A DNA stretch of 64,000 bases from Candidatus Saccharimonadia bacterium (GCA_038230095.1 JBBRNT010000001.1:112848-176847), one strand, 5' to 3'; numbered from the stretch's first letter, positions 6,882 through 16,983 are shown. Notes: generated by a model not told the origin, from the sequence alone. Program-made: numbers and translations.

Positions 6882-9605
6882 ATGAGCAAAAAACCCACCC
6901 TCGTTCTCGTTGACGGTAGCGCGGTATTTCACCGAGGCTATCACGCCATACCGCCACTTTCGAATAAGGATGGCGTGCCTACCAATGCTACCTACGGCTT
7001 TACTACTATTCTGCTTAAGGTCATTGCCGAGCTGAAGCCGACCTACATGGTAATGGCCTGGGACATGAAGGGGCCAACGTTCCGGCACGAGATGTACCCC
7101 GAGTATAAGGGAACGCGGGTAAAGCAGCCGGACGATCTGTATGAACAAATGCCGTGGGCCAGGAAGGTGACGGAGGCATTGGGCATACCCTGGGTGGAGT
7201 TAGCACGCTATGAGGCAGACGACATTATTGGCACCTTTGTGAAACAGTCTGGCGACCTTGATACCATTATTGTGACCGGTGATAAGGATGAGTTCCAGCT
7301 AATCAATGACACTACACGGGTCTACACCATGCAGCGTGGGTTCACTGACACCACCATCTATGACCTGGCCAAAATGCAGGAGCGCTACGGCTTAACGCCC
7401 GGGCAGTTCTTGGACGCTAAGGCGCTAATGGGCGACTCCAGCGATAACATTCCTGGCGTCCCCGGCGTGGGCGAGAAGACGGCTATGGCACTGATCCAGA
7501 ACTATGGCACGCTGGATGCTGTGTATGACAATCTTGAAAAAATACCAGGCAAACTCGGAGAACGGCTGCGAGATAATAAGGAACTGGCCTACCATAGCCA
7601 CGAGCTATCGCGAATTGTGCAGGATGCGCCGGTCAAGCTAGATCTAGCCGCAGCGGAGCTGGGCCAATACAACCGCACGGAGATCCACGATCTATTTCGC
7701 GAGCTCGGCTTTAAAGGGCTTCTCAGCAAGCTCCCGCCGGAAATGGTAGAGACTGTACCAAGCCTGTTTGATCTAGGTGAACCACAGAAGAAGGACCGGG
7801 CGCATCTGAAGTCGGTGAAGTACCATAGCGTAACCACTGAGAAGGATCTAGCTGAGCTCGTGGCCACACTGGAAAAGACCAAGATCTTTGCTATGGACAC
7901 GGAGACTACTGGGCTAGACGTACTGACGGCCGATCTAGTAGGGTTATCATTCTCTGTAAAGCCTGCTGAGGCCTATTATGTGCCGGTAGGGCACCAGGCG
8001 GGTAAGCAGCTGGCTAAGGATGTGGTACTAGGGGCATTGCGGCCAGCATTGACGAATCCGGCTATAGGTAAGGTGGGGCACAATATTAAATACGATTACC
8101 AAATTCTCCACGAGGCTGGTGTGGTGGTGGCGGGGATTGCCTGGGACACTATGATTGCCGCGTTCTTGCTAAACCCCACTGGCCGCACTCAGTCGCTGGA
8201 CGATCTGGCCTTCTCCGAGCTGGGTATAGACATGATCCCAATTACTGAGCTGATTGGTGCAGGTAAGAGCCAGGCTACTTTTGATACTACTGACATCGCC
8301 GAGGCTACTACTTATGCTTGTGAGGACGCCGACATGAGCTGGCGTATCTATGAGAAGCAGGTCGCCGAGATGGGCCATAAGGACGCGGTGGGCGTAGCCA
8401 AGCTGGCTGCAGCTACCGAGTGGCCGCTCATACCCATACTGGCAGACATGGAGCTGGCTGGTATAGAGCTGGACTCCAAGTTCCTGCACGACTTCAATAA
8501 GGTAATCTCGGCCAAGATTCTGGGTCTGGAAGAGGACATTTATAAGGCCGCGGAGCAGCACTTCAACATTGGCTCGCCGTCGCAGCTGGCCGAGATCCTC
8601 TATAACAAGCTAGCGCTGTCGGCAGTGGGCATAAAGAAGGGCAAGACCGGGCTTTCTACAGCTGCCGATCAGCTGGAGAAAATGCGTGGGATGCACCCTA
8701 TCATTGAACTTATTCTCGAGTACCGCGAGCTAATGAAGCTGAAGAATACCTACATAGACACCCTGCCACAGCTAGTAGCGGCCGACGGGCGCGTGCACAC
8801 CAGCTACAGCCAGACAATTGCGGCCACGGGGCGACTTAGCTCTAATAGCCCCAATCTACAGAACATACCAGTGCGCACTGATCTGGGTCGGGAAATCCGT
8901 AAGGCCTTTGTGGCGCCGAAGGGCCGTGTGCTGGTGGGTGCAGACTACTCGCAGATTGAGCTGCGCGTAGCAGCAGCGCTGGCCAAAGACGAGGCTATGA
9001 TCCAGACCTTTCGTGATGGTATAGATCTGCACCAGCAGACGGCTGCTGAGCTGTATACCGTACCGCTAGAGACTGTCACTAAGCAGCAACGCTATAATGC
9101 CAAGACTATTAACTTCGGTGTAATGTACGGCATGAGCGCTCATGGCCTATCTGTCGCCACAGGTATGACGCGTGAGGAGTCGGCTGGGTTTATCCAGCGC
9201 TACTTCGAGGTGCGACCCAAACTGAAGGCCTACATTGAAGAGACGAAGCTATTTGCCCGCGAGCATGAGTACACCGAGACACTATTTGGTCGCCGTCGAC
9301 CCTGCCCGGAGATTAACTCAAACAACCAGATTCTGGTAAACGCGGCCGAGCGCATGGCGGTAAATGTGCCTATTCAGGGCACGGCAGCGGACATTATTAA
9401 GCTGGCCATGATTGCCCTAGTGCCACGGCTGGATGGTGATGCTAGGCTACTACTCCAGATACATGATGAACTCATCATTGAGACTGACGCGAGCAAGGGC
9501 GAGGCAGTAGCGGCACTGATCCGCGATGTGATGACCAATGTATATGACCTGGGCGTGCCGCTGGCGGTGGATACGGAGATTGGGACCAACTGGGGCGAGC
9601 TGTGA
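6882..9605 (+). CDS. polA: DNA polymerase I (5'-3' exonuclease, 3'-5' exonuclease and polymerase domains)
   Basis: N-terminus MSKKPTLVLVDGSAVFHRGYHA is a typical 5' nuclease start. 3'-5' exonuclease motif FAMDTETTGLD. Polymerase motifs RRPCPEINSN, DYSQIELR and QIHDELI. TATAAT at 6870-6875 lies 6 nt before the ATG. Confidence 0.93.
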   Translation: MSKKPTLVLVDGSAVFHRGYHAIPPLSNKDGVPTNATYGFTTILLKVIAELKPTYMVMAWDMKGPTFRHEMYPEYKGTRVKQPDDLYEQMPWARKVTEALGIPWVELARYEADDIIGTFVKQSGDLDTIIVTGDKDEFQLINDTTRVYTMQRGFTDTTIYDLAKMQERYGLTPGQFLDAKALMGDSSDNIPGVPGVGEKTAMALIQNYGTLDAVYDNLEKIPGKLGERLRDNKELAYHSHELSRIVQDAPVKLDLAAAELGQYNRTEIHDLFRELGFKGLLSKLPPEMVETVPSLFDLGEPQKKDRAHLKSVKYHSVTTEKDLAELVATLEKTKIFAMDTETTGLDVLTADLVGLSFSVKPAEAYYVPVGHQAGKQLAKDVVLGALRPALTNPAIGKVGHNIKYDYQILHEAGVVVAGIAWDTMIAAFLLNPTGRTQSLDDLAFSELGIDMIPITELIGAGKSQATFDTTDIAEATTYACEDADMSWRIYEKQVAEMGHKDAVGVAKLAAATEWPLIPILADMELAGIELDSKFLHDFNKVISAKILGLEEDIYKAAEQHFNIGSPSQLAEILYNKLALSAVGIKKGKTGLSTAADQLEKMRGMHPIIELILEYRELMKLKNTYIDTLPQLVAADGRVHTSYSQTIAATGRLSSNSPNLQNIPVRTDLGREIRKAFVAPKGRVLVGADYSQIELRVAAALAKDEAMIQTFRDGIDLHQQTAAELYTVPLETVTKQQRYNAKTINFGVMYGMSAHGLSVATGMTREESAGFIQRYFEVRPKLKAYIEETKLFAREHEYTETLFGRRRPCPEINSNNQILVNAAERMAVNVPIQGTAADIIKLAMIALVPRLDGDARLLLQIHDELIIETDASKGEAVAALIRDVMTNVYDLGVPLAVDTEIGTNWGEL

Positions 9606-10144
9606 GTCGGTGGAAAGTTACCGGTACTAAAACCGTTTTTGAGCATCCACGGCTATCGCTCGTAATTGATGATGTTGTCATGCCCGACGGAAAGCTCTCA
9701 ACCTATCTTAGGTTTGCACCGGGGCCCGGTGCTGTGAGCATCCTGGCGCGCAATGCTCAAGGTAAGCTCCTTATGATGACTGAGTATTCGCATCCGCTCG
9801 GTGTAGCTATGTACCAATTGCCTGGTGGTAGCATCGAGGAAGGTGAAACGAATGAGCAGGCTGCAGTACGTGAATTGGCAGAGGAAGCTGGTTTGGCAGC
9901 GGGGAAGTTGACCTATCTAGGAAGTTTCTACATGGATAATCGACGAACTACTGACAAAATGTTTATTTATCTGGCCGAGGAGCTCTCGGACCACAAACTG
10001 CCTGGTGATGAGGAAGAACAGGGCTTGGAATCTTTTTGGCTAACCCCAGCCGAAGTCAGTGAACTGATTCGTACGCATCAACTAGATAATAATCGCGCCT
10101 TGGTGGCCTGGGCGCTGTATCTTGAGTCTGCCGATGTCGCCTGA
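9602..10144 (+). CDS. Nudix hydrolase (ADP-ribose pyrophosphatase-like)
   Basis: Nudix box GGSIEEGETNEQAAVRELAEEAGL. The GTG start overlaps the polA stop (GTGA). Confidence 0.8.
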   Translation: MSRWKVTGTKTVFEHPRLSLVIDDVVMPDGKLSTYLRFAPGPGAVSILARNAQGKLLMMTEYSHPLGVAMYQLPGGSIEEGETNEQAAVRELAEEAGLAAGKLTYLGSFYMDNRRTTDKMFIYLAEELSDHKLPGDEEEQGLESFWLTPAEVSELIRTHQLDNNRALVAWALYLESADVA

Positions 10145-10901
10145 TTTTCACGATGCCAGGGCTGCCGAGATCGTGGATAGCACGGAATCTTTTAACCCCC
10201 AGAGCGACATTAGCATAGTGGGCACCGGGCCAGATGTTTTGATCCTAGTTCACGGATTCGGGGTGCAGCGGGACAGCCGCGGTATGTTTACCGAGGTAGC
10301 TCGGTATTTTGCCGACCATTATACCTCCGTATTATTTGATCTGAACCAAGTGGAGGGAGACGAGGTGACGCTGCGGACACTAACAGAGCAGCGAGACATT
10401 GTGCGGCAGGTACTGGCGGCTGCCCGAGCAAAGCACCCTGGCGCACGGGTGCATCTACTGGGCCACTCCATGGGGTGCGTAGTAGCCTCACTGGCCGGCG
10501 ATAGCGAACTAGATTCGGTAATTTTTTTGGCGCCACCGACACGCTCAGGCGGAGATAGCACGCGGCGATACTTCATGGCATACAAGGGCGCCCAGCTTGA
10601 CGGTCGTATCCTGACGGTGCCACGTAAGGATGGTACAACGACGGTGATCCCATTGGACTACTTTGATGACATGGAGCGCCACAACCCCGCGCAGCTGATT
10701 ACCGAGTATGCTGCTGCCCAGCCGCTACATGTAATAGAGGCGCTGGAGGAGGATGTGATTCGTCATGCCGACTACTCAGTATTTCAGAGCCAGCCGGGCA
10801 TAGTGCTGCGGGCTATCCACGGCGATCATAACTGGACTGGCGATGCGCGGGCGGGGCTGCTGGCAGAGCTGAGTCACCTGCTGGGTGGAGAGGATAAATG
10901 A
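10134..10901 (+). CDS. alpha/beta-fold hydrolase (esterase/lipase-like)
   Basis: GHSMG nucleophile elbow and HGFG oxyanion region. The ATG at 10134 overlaps the end of the Nudix gene. Confidence 0.75.
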   Translation: MSPDFHDARAAEIVDSTESFNPQSDISIVGTGPDVLILVHGFGVQRDSRGMFTEVARYFADHYTSVLFDLNQVEGDEVTLRTLTEQRDIVRQVLAAARAKHPGARVHLLGHSMGCVVASLAGDSELDSVIFLAPPTRSGGDSTRRYFMAYKGAQLDGRILTVPRKDGTTTVIPLDYFDDMERHNPAQLITEYAAAQPLHVIEALEEDVIRHADYSVFQSQPGIVLRAIHGDHNWTGDARAGLLAELSHLLGGEDK

Positions 10902-11938
10902 CACCAGCATTTATCGGAACCTATACGGACAAGGGGGGCGAAGGCATGTATCGGGCTGAGTGGGATAGTGTGTCTGGCAAACTATCAGGATTGGCGCTGG
11001 CGGCGAAGCTAGCGCACCCGTCATGGGTACTGGTGGAGCCGACAGGGCAGTTCCTGTACGCCGCTAGCGAAGTGGATGAGGGTGTAGTTTATAGTTATAG
11101 CATTGCGGCGGAGACTCTCGAGCTGACGCTCATTGGTCGCCAGCTAACCGGCGGTGCACACCCCTGTCACCTGGCGGTAAGCGCGGACGGCCGGGTGCTG
11201 GTGGTGGCCAACTACGTGGGCGGATCGGTGGCGGTGCTAGCAGTGGGGGCCGACGGCACTCTTGGCGCAGCGCAGGTAGTGCAATATGACGGGAGCGGGC
11301 CCGATGCCGTACGGCAAGCTGCGCCTCACCCACATGGTGTGGCATTTGATACGTCCGGGCGGCTATGGGTGGCGGACCTGGGGCTAGATAGGCTGACGAT
11401 GTACCAGGTAGGTGCTGGGGGAATTAATGTTGCATCGGCGCGAGCGACTCAGGCAAAGGCTGGCAGCGGGCCGCGATATATGGTATTTCATCCGACGCTA
11501 TCACGCTTGTATGTGGTGGGAGAGCTGGACTCCACTATAATGGCCTACGATCTGGGTGGTGATGGAATTCTTAAGCCAACCGAAACGCTGTCCACGCGGG
11601 CTGCGGGTGCTCAGGGAGAGAATAGGGCGGGAGCTATTAGTATGCATTCTTCGGGAAAGTTCCTGTATGTGACCAACCGTGGGGACGAGAGCGTAGCGAG
11701 CTACCGTATTGATGCGCAGAGCGGAGCGCTTGAACTGATCGACATTTTGCCCGTGCTTGGCACAGAGCCGCGGTCGGCAGTGATAGATCCAAGTGGGCAG
11801 TATCTACTGGTGACGAACCAGAAGAGCGACGCGGTGGTAACGTACCGTATTGATGAGGGCGGCGGGCTGGAGGCGGAGTCGAACTTAGCGGTGCCGTCAC
11901 CGACGTGTATAGCATTTATAATCAAGAATGAGGAATAA
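10898..11938 (+). CDS. 7-bladed beta-propeller lactonase family protein (6-phosphogluconolactonase-like)
   Basis: Repeated propeller blades (VANYVGGSVAV, HPHGVAFDTSGRLWVADLGLDRL, YVTNRGDESV). ATGA overlap with the upstream gene. Confidence 0.75.
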   Translation: MTPAFIGTYTDKGGEGMYRAEWDSVSGKLSGLALAAKLAHPSWVLVEPTGQFLYAASEVDEGVVYSYSIAAETLELTLIGRQLTGGAHPCHLAVSADGRVLVVANYVGGSVAVLAVGADGTLGAAQVVQYDGSGPDAVRQAAPHPHGVAFDTSGRLWVADLGLDRLTMYQVGAGGINVASARATQAKAGSGPRYMVFHPTLSRLYVVGELDSTIMAYDLGGDGILKPTETLSTRAAGAQGENRAGAISMHSSGKFLYVTNRGDESVASYRIDAQSGALELIDILPVLGTEPRSAVIDPSGQYLLVTNQKSDAVVTYRIDEGGGLEAESNLAVPSPTCIAFIIKNEE

Positions 11939-11940
11939 CT

Positions 11941-12273
11941 ATGGCAACCTACGAGGACTTTGAGAAGCTAGATGTGCGAGTGGGAAAGATTATTGGCGTC
12001 CAGGACTTTCCGGAAGCACGAAAGCCCGCCTACAAGCTGACCATTGATTTTGGCCCAGAGATTGGAACTAAGAAGTCTAGCGCCCAGCTAGTAAAGCACT
12101 ATTCTAAGGAGCAGCTGCAGGACCGGCGGGTGTTGGGGGTAGTGAACTTTCCGCCCCGGCAGATTGGGCCGTTTATCTCCGAGTCGCTGACGCTGGGCGT
12201 ACCAGACGGCGACGGCGATTGTGTGCTGATTAACCCGGACGAGGGCGCCGTGATAGGTGGACGGCTGTACTAA
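11941..12273 (+). CDS. tRNA-binding domain protein (CsaA/Trbp111-like)
   Basis: LDVRVGKIIGVQDFPEARKPAYKLTIDFG...GVVNFPPRQIGPFISESL matches the OB-fold tRNA-binding domain. Confidence 0.8.
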   Translation: MATYEDFEKLDVRVGKIIGVQDFPEARKPAYKLTIDFGPEIGTKKSSAQLVKHYSKEQLQDRRVLGVVNFPPRQIGPFISESLTLGVPDGDGDCVLINPDEGAVIGGRLY

Positions 12274-12338
12274 CTAAACTCCACTTTACTAGACTGGCCA
12301 GGAGGCGTAGCCTAATCTGAAGGCAAAGAGGAGCCGCT

Positions 12339-13052
12339 ATGAGTACTGAAGTGAAGATCCACGATGCGCAGACTAGCATACTGCGAGAGCTATTATTTGT
12401 GCCACACTCTGGCTTTGCCGAGCTCCAGAAGCCGACTGGGTTGGCCAGTGACCATTTTAACTTTCATATTGGCAAGCTTGTGTATCTGGGGCTGGTCGAG
12501 AAGGTGGAGCGCGGCAAGTACCGGCTGACAACCAAGGGCAAGGAGTACGCCAATAAGCTGGACACTGACACGAAAACCATTGAGCGGCAGCCCAAGGTAG
12601 CGGTACTTTTGGTGATTGAGCGAATGTCTGGTGGAGAGCGCCAGCTGCTATTCCAGGAACGCCGCAAAAACCCGTACTACGGCTACGTTGGCTTTCCGAC
12701 TGGTAAGATCCGCTGGGGCGAGACAATTGTGTACGCCTCGGCTCGGGAGCTTCTGGAGGAGACCGGACTTATTTCTAAGCATAAAATACTGGGCTTATAC
12801 CACGAACATACGTTTCTAGAAGATGAGCCCGAAGCGGTGGAAGACAAAATGTTTTTTGCCATACATTGCACAGATATTGAAGGCGAGCTTATTGCCGAGT
12901 TTGAAGGCGGACGCAATGTCTGGATGACGGTTGCCGAAGCCCGCAAGCTAGAGAAGAAATACACCAGCTTCGAGACCGAAATTGCTATGATCGAAGGTAC
13001 GCTCGGGTCATTTGTTGAGGAAGTGCACCACTATACGAAGGAGCAGTTTTAG
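12339..13052 (+). CDS. Nudix hydrolase with N-terminal winged-helix domain
   Basis: Nudix box GFPTGKIRWGETIVYASARELLEETGL in the C-terminal half. N-terminal roughly 90 aa are wHTH-like (ILRELLF...HIGKLVYLGLVEK). SD AAAGAGGAG precedes the ATG. Confidence 0.75.
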   Translation: MSTEVKIHDAQTSILRELLFVPHSGFAELQKPTGLASDHFNFHIGKLVYLGLVEKVERGKYRLTTKGKEYANKLDTDTKTIERQPKVAVLLVIERMSGGERQLLFQERRKNPYYGYVGFPTGKIRWGETIVYASARELLEETGLISKHKILGLYHEHTFLEDEPEAVEDKMFFAIHCTDIEGELIAEFEGGRNVWMTVAEARKLEKKYTSFETEIAMIEGTLGSFVEEVHHYTKEQF

Positions 13053-13906
13053 CGGCCGAGCAACACCAGGGTCGTAATACCTGCGAATGTAATAACTATG
13101 CCAGCTACCTGACTGTGGCTGATCCGATCCTTAAGCTTGAAGTGGGCTATTATGGCGAAAACGATGATGCTAGCCGTGACGAGCACTGCCACTATGCTAG
13201 CGGGCCCAGCAGCGTAGCCGTAGACCTCAATATAGCTGGTAACACCTGTGAGAAGGCCATACCACAGTAGATTGGCGTGGCCTTTTCTAGGCCAAAGGCG
13301 ACGTCGCTGCCGTCTTGCCACTACCAAGAGAGTACTCAAGCCGATGATAACGATAATGAGAATATCTAGATACCAGCCGGTATGGTTCACTACGTACTTG
13401 TTCATAGCATTGCCAACGCCATAAAGTAGCGCTGAGACTATGGCTGCTACCGTGCTCAGACCAGGCCGGCCACCCGCTCTAAGGCGTTTGAAATTGACCG
13501 AGCAGAGCAGGGCGCCGAAGAATGTGAGCGCGAGAGCGGCCCACTGTGTGGGTCTGAGGTGTTCACCGATAAATATAACTGCCAGGATGACCACGATGGC
13601 GCTACTGCTGCTGACGATTGTCTGGTGGGCAGAGGCGTTACCGTGAGTGTAGGAGTAGTTTGAAAGAAAGAAAGCGCTAACCATACAGAGACTGGCCGCT
13701 AGCAGAAAAAGCGACACTATCGGGGATAGGCTGGCCCAGGGGATATGTCTGGTCGGCAGCAGCACAAGGGCTACTACTCCGGCTATAGCATAAGACCAGA
13801 TGCTCGCTAGTAATGGGCTATTGGAGCGGCTGGCAAAGGTGCCAAAGAGCGACGCTACGCCGTAGGCCACCATGCAAACAAGACCGCAGATAATCGCAAT
13901 AGACAT
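13049..13906 (-). CDS. EamA/DMT-family membrane transporter (about 10 TM)
   Basis: Two repeated 5-TM halves of hydrophobic helices typical of the EamA family. Confidence 0.7.
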   Translation of the reverse strand: MSIAIICGLVCMVAYGVASLFGTFASRSNSPLLASIWSYAIAGVVALVLLPTRHIPWASLSPIVSLFLLAASLCMVSAFFLSNYSYTHGNASAHQTIVSSSSAIVVILAVIFIGEHLRPTQWAALALTFFGALLCSVNFKRLRAGGRPGLSTVAAIVSALLYGVGNAMNKYVVNHTGWYLDILIIVIIGLSTLLVVARRQRRRLWPRKGHANLLWYGLLTGVTSYIEVYGYAAGPASIVAVLVTASIIVFAIIAHFKLKDRISHSQVAGIVITFAGITTLVLLGR

Positions 13907-13980
13907 GTATTCAGCTTAGCATGCCACTTATGCTAAACTAGGCCTCGCTTTCCAGGTATAATTGATGCATAGGAGTTACT

Positions 13981-14871
13981 ATGCCAGAAGGGCCAGAAGT
14001 AGAAACAATACGACGTGGGCTGTCGGAGACCATTGTGGGGCAGAGGATTGCCCGGATAGACGTCCTAACGCCGAAAACGTTTGATCTGCCAGCGGGCTTC
14101 ATCGATGAAGTTACACGGGGACAGGAGGTGCTGCTGGTGGAGCGGCTGGCCAAGGTACTTATCTGGCACCTGGCCAACCAGTACTCGCTGCTATTCCATC
14201 TGAAGATGACAGGCCAGGTGGTGCTGGAGCGGGCTGGTGGCAAGCGCTATGCTGGCGGCCACCCCAGCGACTCCATGGCTCATGAGCTGCCAGATAAAAC
14301 GACGCGGGTGGTGTTTGCGCTGGAGTCGGGGGATACCGTGTACTTTAATGACATGCGGAAGTTTGGTTGGGTGAAGCTGATGCCGACAGCCGATATTACT
14401 AATGATGAGCTTATTGCGCGCCTCGGCCCCGAGCCCCTGAGCCCAGCCTTTACACTGGTGGGCTTTGCAGCAAAGGTGGCTCGGCACAAGGGGGCACCGA
14501 TAAAGGCAGTGATCCTAGACCAGTCGACGGTGTCTGGTGTGGGCAATATCTATGCGGATGAGAGCCTACACCTTGCCAAGATCCACCCCACCCGGACCGG
14601 TGGCGACCTGACTAAGGCTGAGGTAAAGCGCCTCCATGAGGCCATAATTGCAATAATTACCCTGGGGATAGAGCACGGCGGCACGAGCTTTTCCAGCTAT
14701 GTAAATAGCTTTGGGGGGACTGGAAACTATCTAGACCATGCACGCGTTTTCAGGCGTGAGGGAGAGCCCTGCCCGGTATGCGGTACAACGATTGTGAAGA
14801 CCAGGGTGGGTGGCCGTGGGACGCATACCTGTCCGGTGTGTCAGCCAGTGCCCAAACTACGTCGTAAATAG
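13981..14871 (+). CDS. mutM: formamidopyrimidine-DNA glycosylase
   Basis: N-terminal MPEGPEVE, the H2TH region, and C-terminal zinc finger CPVCG...CPVCQ. Confidence 0.92.
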   Translation: MPEGPEVETIRRGLSETIVGQRIARIDVLTPKTFDLPAGFIDEVTRGQEVLLVERLAKVLIWHLANQYSLLFHLKMTGQVVLERAGGKRYAGGHPSDSMAHELPDKTTRVVFALESGDTVYFNDMRKFGWVKLMPTADITNDELIARLGPEPLSPAFTLVGFAAKVARHKGAPIKAVILDQSTVSGVGNIYADESLHLAKIHPTRTGGDLTKAEVKRLHEAIIAIITLGIEHGGTSFSSYVNSFGGTGNYLDHARVFRREGEPCPVCGTTIVKTRVGGRGTHTCPVCQPVPKLRRK

Positions 14872-14890
14872 AAAGCGGCCCGGACAAGTA

Positions 14891-14918
14891 AATGTCCGGG
14901 CCGAATGCTTCCGCTGCT
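14891..14918. terminator. bidirectional terminator hairpin between convergent genes
   Basis: CGGCCCGGACA-AGTAAA-TGTCCGGGCCG. The U-rich tail is on the minus-strand side (CTTTCTATTT). Confidence 0.6.
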
Positions 14919-14926
14919 TCATGTGC

Positions 14927-15454
14927 TCAGGGTGTGAGTAGACTACCCGTACCCTGACAGTACGCCTCGACGTCGGCCAGAAGGCCGGCGGGGGCTACCG
15001 GCTTGGCCAGGGCGGCCAGTTCGGTGTACTTGTCGCCGAGCCACTGGGCTGCTCCCACGAGCTGCTGGCGGCCAAGGCCGCTGACGACACCGACCGAGCT
15101 GGTTTCCAGGGCGCAGTACTGGTAGGTAATGGTGCCCAGCTGGCCGGCGCTGTTGCCGGCGAAGGCTGTCAGCCTGGCGTCCACTGCCTGTTGCCAGGCG
15201 CCACGATTGAACGTGGCAATGTCTAGCTGCTGGGTGGTGGTGGCCGTCTGCTGAGCTGGGGCGGTCGAGCTAGTTCCGCCCCGGAGGGCAGCGCCCAAGA
15301 GTGGCAGGAGCACGAGGCCGACGATGATCAGCCAGGTGGGGATGCGTCGACGCTTGGAGGCCCAGTGCTGTCGGTATGGCGTGGTGGGGGCGATGACCGG
15401 GATGACTGTAGCCCGGGCGGTGCCCGGCGGGGTGGGGCTCGTTGTGGTGCTCAT
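14927..15454 (-). CDS. hypothetical membrane-anchored protein (single TM plus extracytoplasmic domain)
   Basis: ATG at 15454 is preceded by AGGAGG. The longer ORF to 15583 lacks an SD. One TM segment (WLIIVGLVLLPLLGAAL). Confidence 0.5.
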   Translation of the reverse strand: MSTTTSPTPPGTARATVIPVIAPTTPYRQHWASKRRRIPTWLIIVGLVLLPLLGAALRGGTSSTAPAQQTATTTQQLDIATFNRGAWQQAVDARLTAFAGNSAGQLGTITYQYCALETSSVGVVSGLGRQQLVGAAQWLGDKYTELAALAKPVAPAGLLADVEAYCQGTGSLLTP

Positions 15455-15801
15455 GGTGACCTCCTGGTCGGGTAGGGCCACTTCGGATGAAGTAGCGGAG
15501 AGCTTCTCAGCGGATAATCTTGCGATTACCCGCAAAAAGCTCTCTGCAACAGGCTGTGAAAGGACAATGACGTATATTAGCACAATAACTATATATTGTC
15601 AATAGTTATCACCAAGAAATGGTGACGGCTCGAACAAGTATTGTTCGGGCGCGTGCGCTCAGGCAATGAGTGGGCGCGCGGTGGTGGATGGGTTCATAGC
15701 GCTTCCTAACAGAATATTTCAAGCTGCTCCGAGTGGACCCTCGTTCGAAGGAGGACCTGCCAACATTCGACCTGGTCTCTAGATTGACCTAAACTGAGTT
15801 T

Positions 15802-16731
15802 ATGATCTTTTTCTTTCATGGGCCGAACCAATATGCCATCAAGAAGCAGCTGCAGAGTATGCGGCAGGCTTTTGTGGCGAAGAACGGAGCAGATTTCGGC
15901 ATTGAGCAGCTTGACGGAGCCGGCGTGGACCCCAAGCGCTTGCCCGAGCTACTACAGGCGGCGCCGTTCCTAGCGAACTCACGGCTGGTTATTCTGGAAG
16001 GACTGGGGAAGAATAAGCCGGCGACAGAGGTGGCGCTGACGCTACTGGCGAAGATTCCGGACACCACCGTGGCAGTGTTTGCGGACACAGAAGTAGACCA
16101 GCGAACGAGCTGGTTTAAGATCCTGTCGACGGAGGCTAAGGTGGTGAAGTTTGATCTGTTGGAAGGCTCACAGCTAAGTAGCTGGATTAAGCGTACCGCG
16201 GAGGAGCAGGGCGGGCGTATTGAGCGACCAGGTGTAGATGCTCTTGCGGCAGCCTGTGGACCGGACCAGTGGCGGCTGGAGCAGGAGATACAGAAGCTGG
16301 TGAGTTATGCCCCGGATATTACCGAAGAGACGGTGAAGCTCCTGGTGGAGACCACCGTAGAGCAATCCATATTTGAGCTGGTGGAGGCAATTACGAGCGG
16401 CAAGACCAGTAAGGTACTTACCATGTACCGCGAGCTGATTCGGCAGCGAGTAAATGAATTCTATCTACTCACCATGGTGCAGTGGCAGCTACGAAATCTG
16501 CTATCGGCTAAGGCTGGTGAGGGCCTAAGTAGTAGCGAGCTCGCTAAGCGGGTGAAGATGAGCCCCTACGTGGCGGGTAAGGCCCAGCAGGCTGCCAGGC
16601 GGCTGAGTGTAGAGGATCTAGAAGCGGGGTTCCTGACCTCCCTGGATGCCGAAGTGGCGATGAAGAGTGGGCGACCCCAGCAGGCCTCACTGGAGCAGCT
16701 GCTGTATGATCTATCCACGCGGTTCAGGTAG
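15802..16731 (+). CDS. holA: DNA polymerase III delta subunit
   Basis: N-terminal FFHGPNQYAIKKQL and overall delta-subunit (clamp-loader) architecture. Confidence 0.8.
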   Translation: MIFFFHGPNQYAIKKQLQSMRQAFVAKNGADFGIEQLDGAGVDPKRLPELLQAAPFLANSRLVILEGLGKNKPATEVALTLLAKIPDTTVAVFADTEVDQRTSWFKILSTEAKVVKFDLLEGSQLSSWIKRTAEEQGGRIERPGVDALAAACGPDQWRLEQEIQKLVSYAPDITEETVKLLVETTVEQSIFELVEAITSGKTSKVLTMYRELIRQRVNEFYLLTMVQWQLRNLLSAKAGEGLSSSELAKRVKMSPYVAGKAQQAARRLSVEDLEAGFLTSLDAEVAMKSGRPQQASLEQLLYDLSTRFR

Positions 16732-16935
16732 CTAGTGAGCGTCGGCTTGCTTGATTTGCTCGATCAGGTGGTCTATCTCGCCAATGACGGTGCGGATACG
16801 GGCCAGCTCGCCCTTGGCCAGCCAGGCATTGCCCGGTGTGTGGGCGTAGTCACGCAGGAGCTTGAGGTGCTGGGTGGCCTCAATGGTGAGGTCGTGGCAC
16901 TCTTGGCGTAGGCTGCTGGCATCGGTGGGTTTCAT
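16732..16935 (-). CDS. small hypothetical protein (67 aa)
   Basis: ORF only. Coding-like composition. No recognised domain. Confidence 0.35.
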   Translation of the reverse strand: MKPTDASSLRQECHDLTIEATQHLKLLRDYAHTPGNAWLAKGELARIRTVIGEIDHLIEQIKQADAH

Positions 16936-16983
16936 AGTATCTATTGTATAGGATTGCGACCAGATTGGCGTAATACCAAAAAA

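Noticed and set aside
15631-15647. Interpretation of the CGAACAAGTATTGTTCG palindrome as a LexA/Cheo box
   Set aside because: Half-site spacing (7 nt between GAAC and GTTC) does not fit CGAAC-N4-GTTCG. It is kept only as a generic operator candidate.
15735-15760. GTTCGAAGGAGG segment that superficially resembles a tRNA T-loop
   Set aside because: No flanking 5-bp T-stem or acceptor/anticodon arms. No tRNA-like cloverleaf can be drawn. No tRNA genes were found anywhere in the window.
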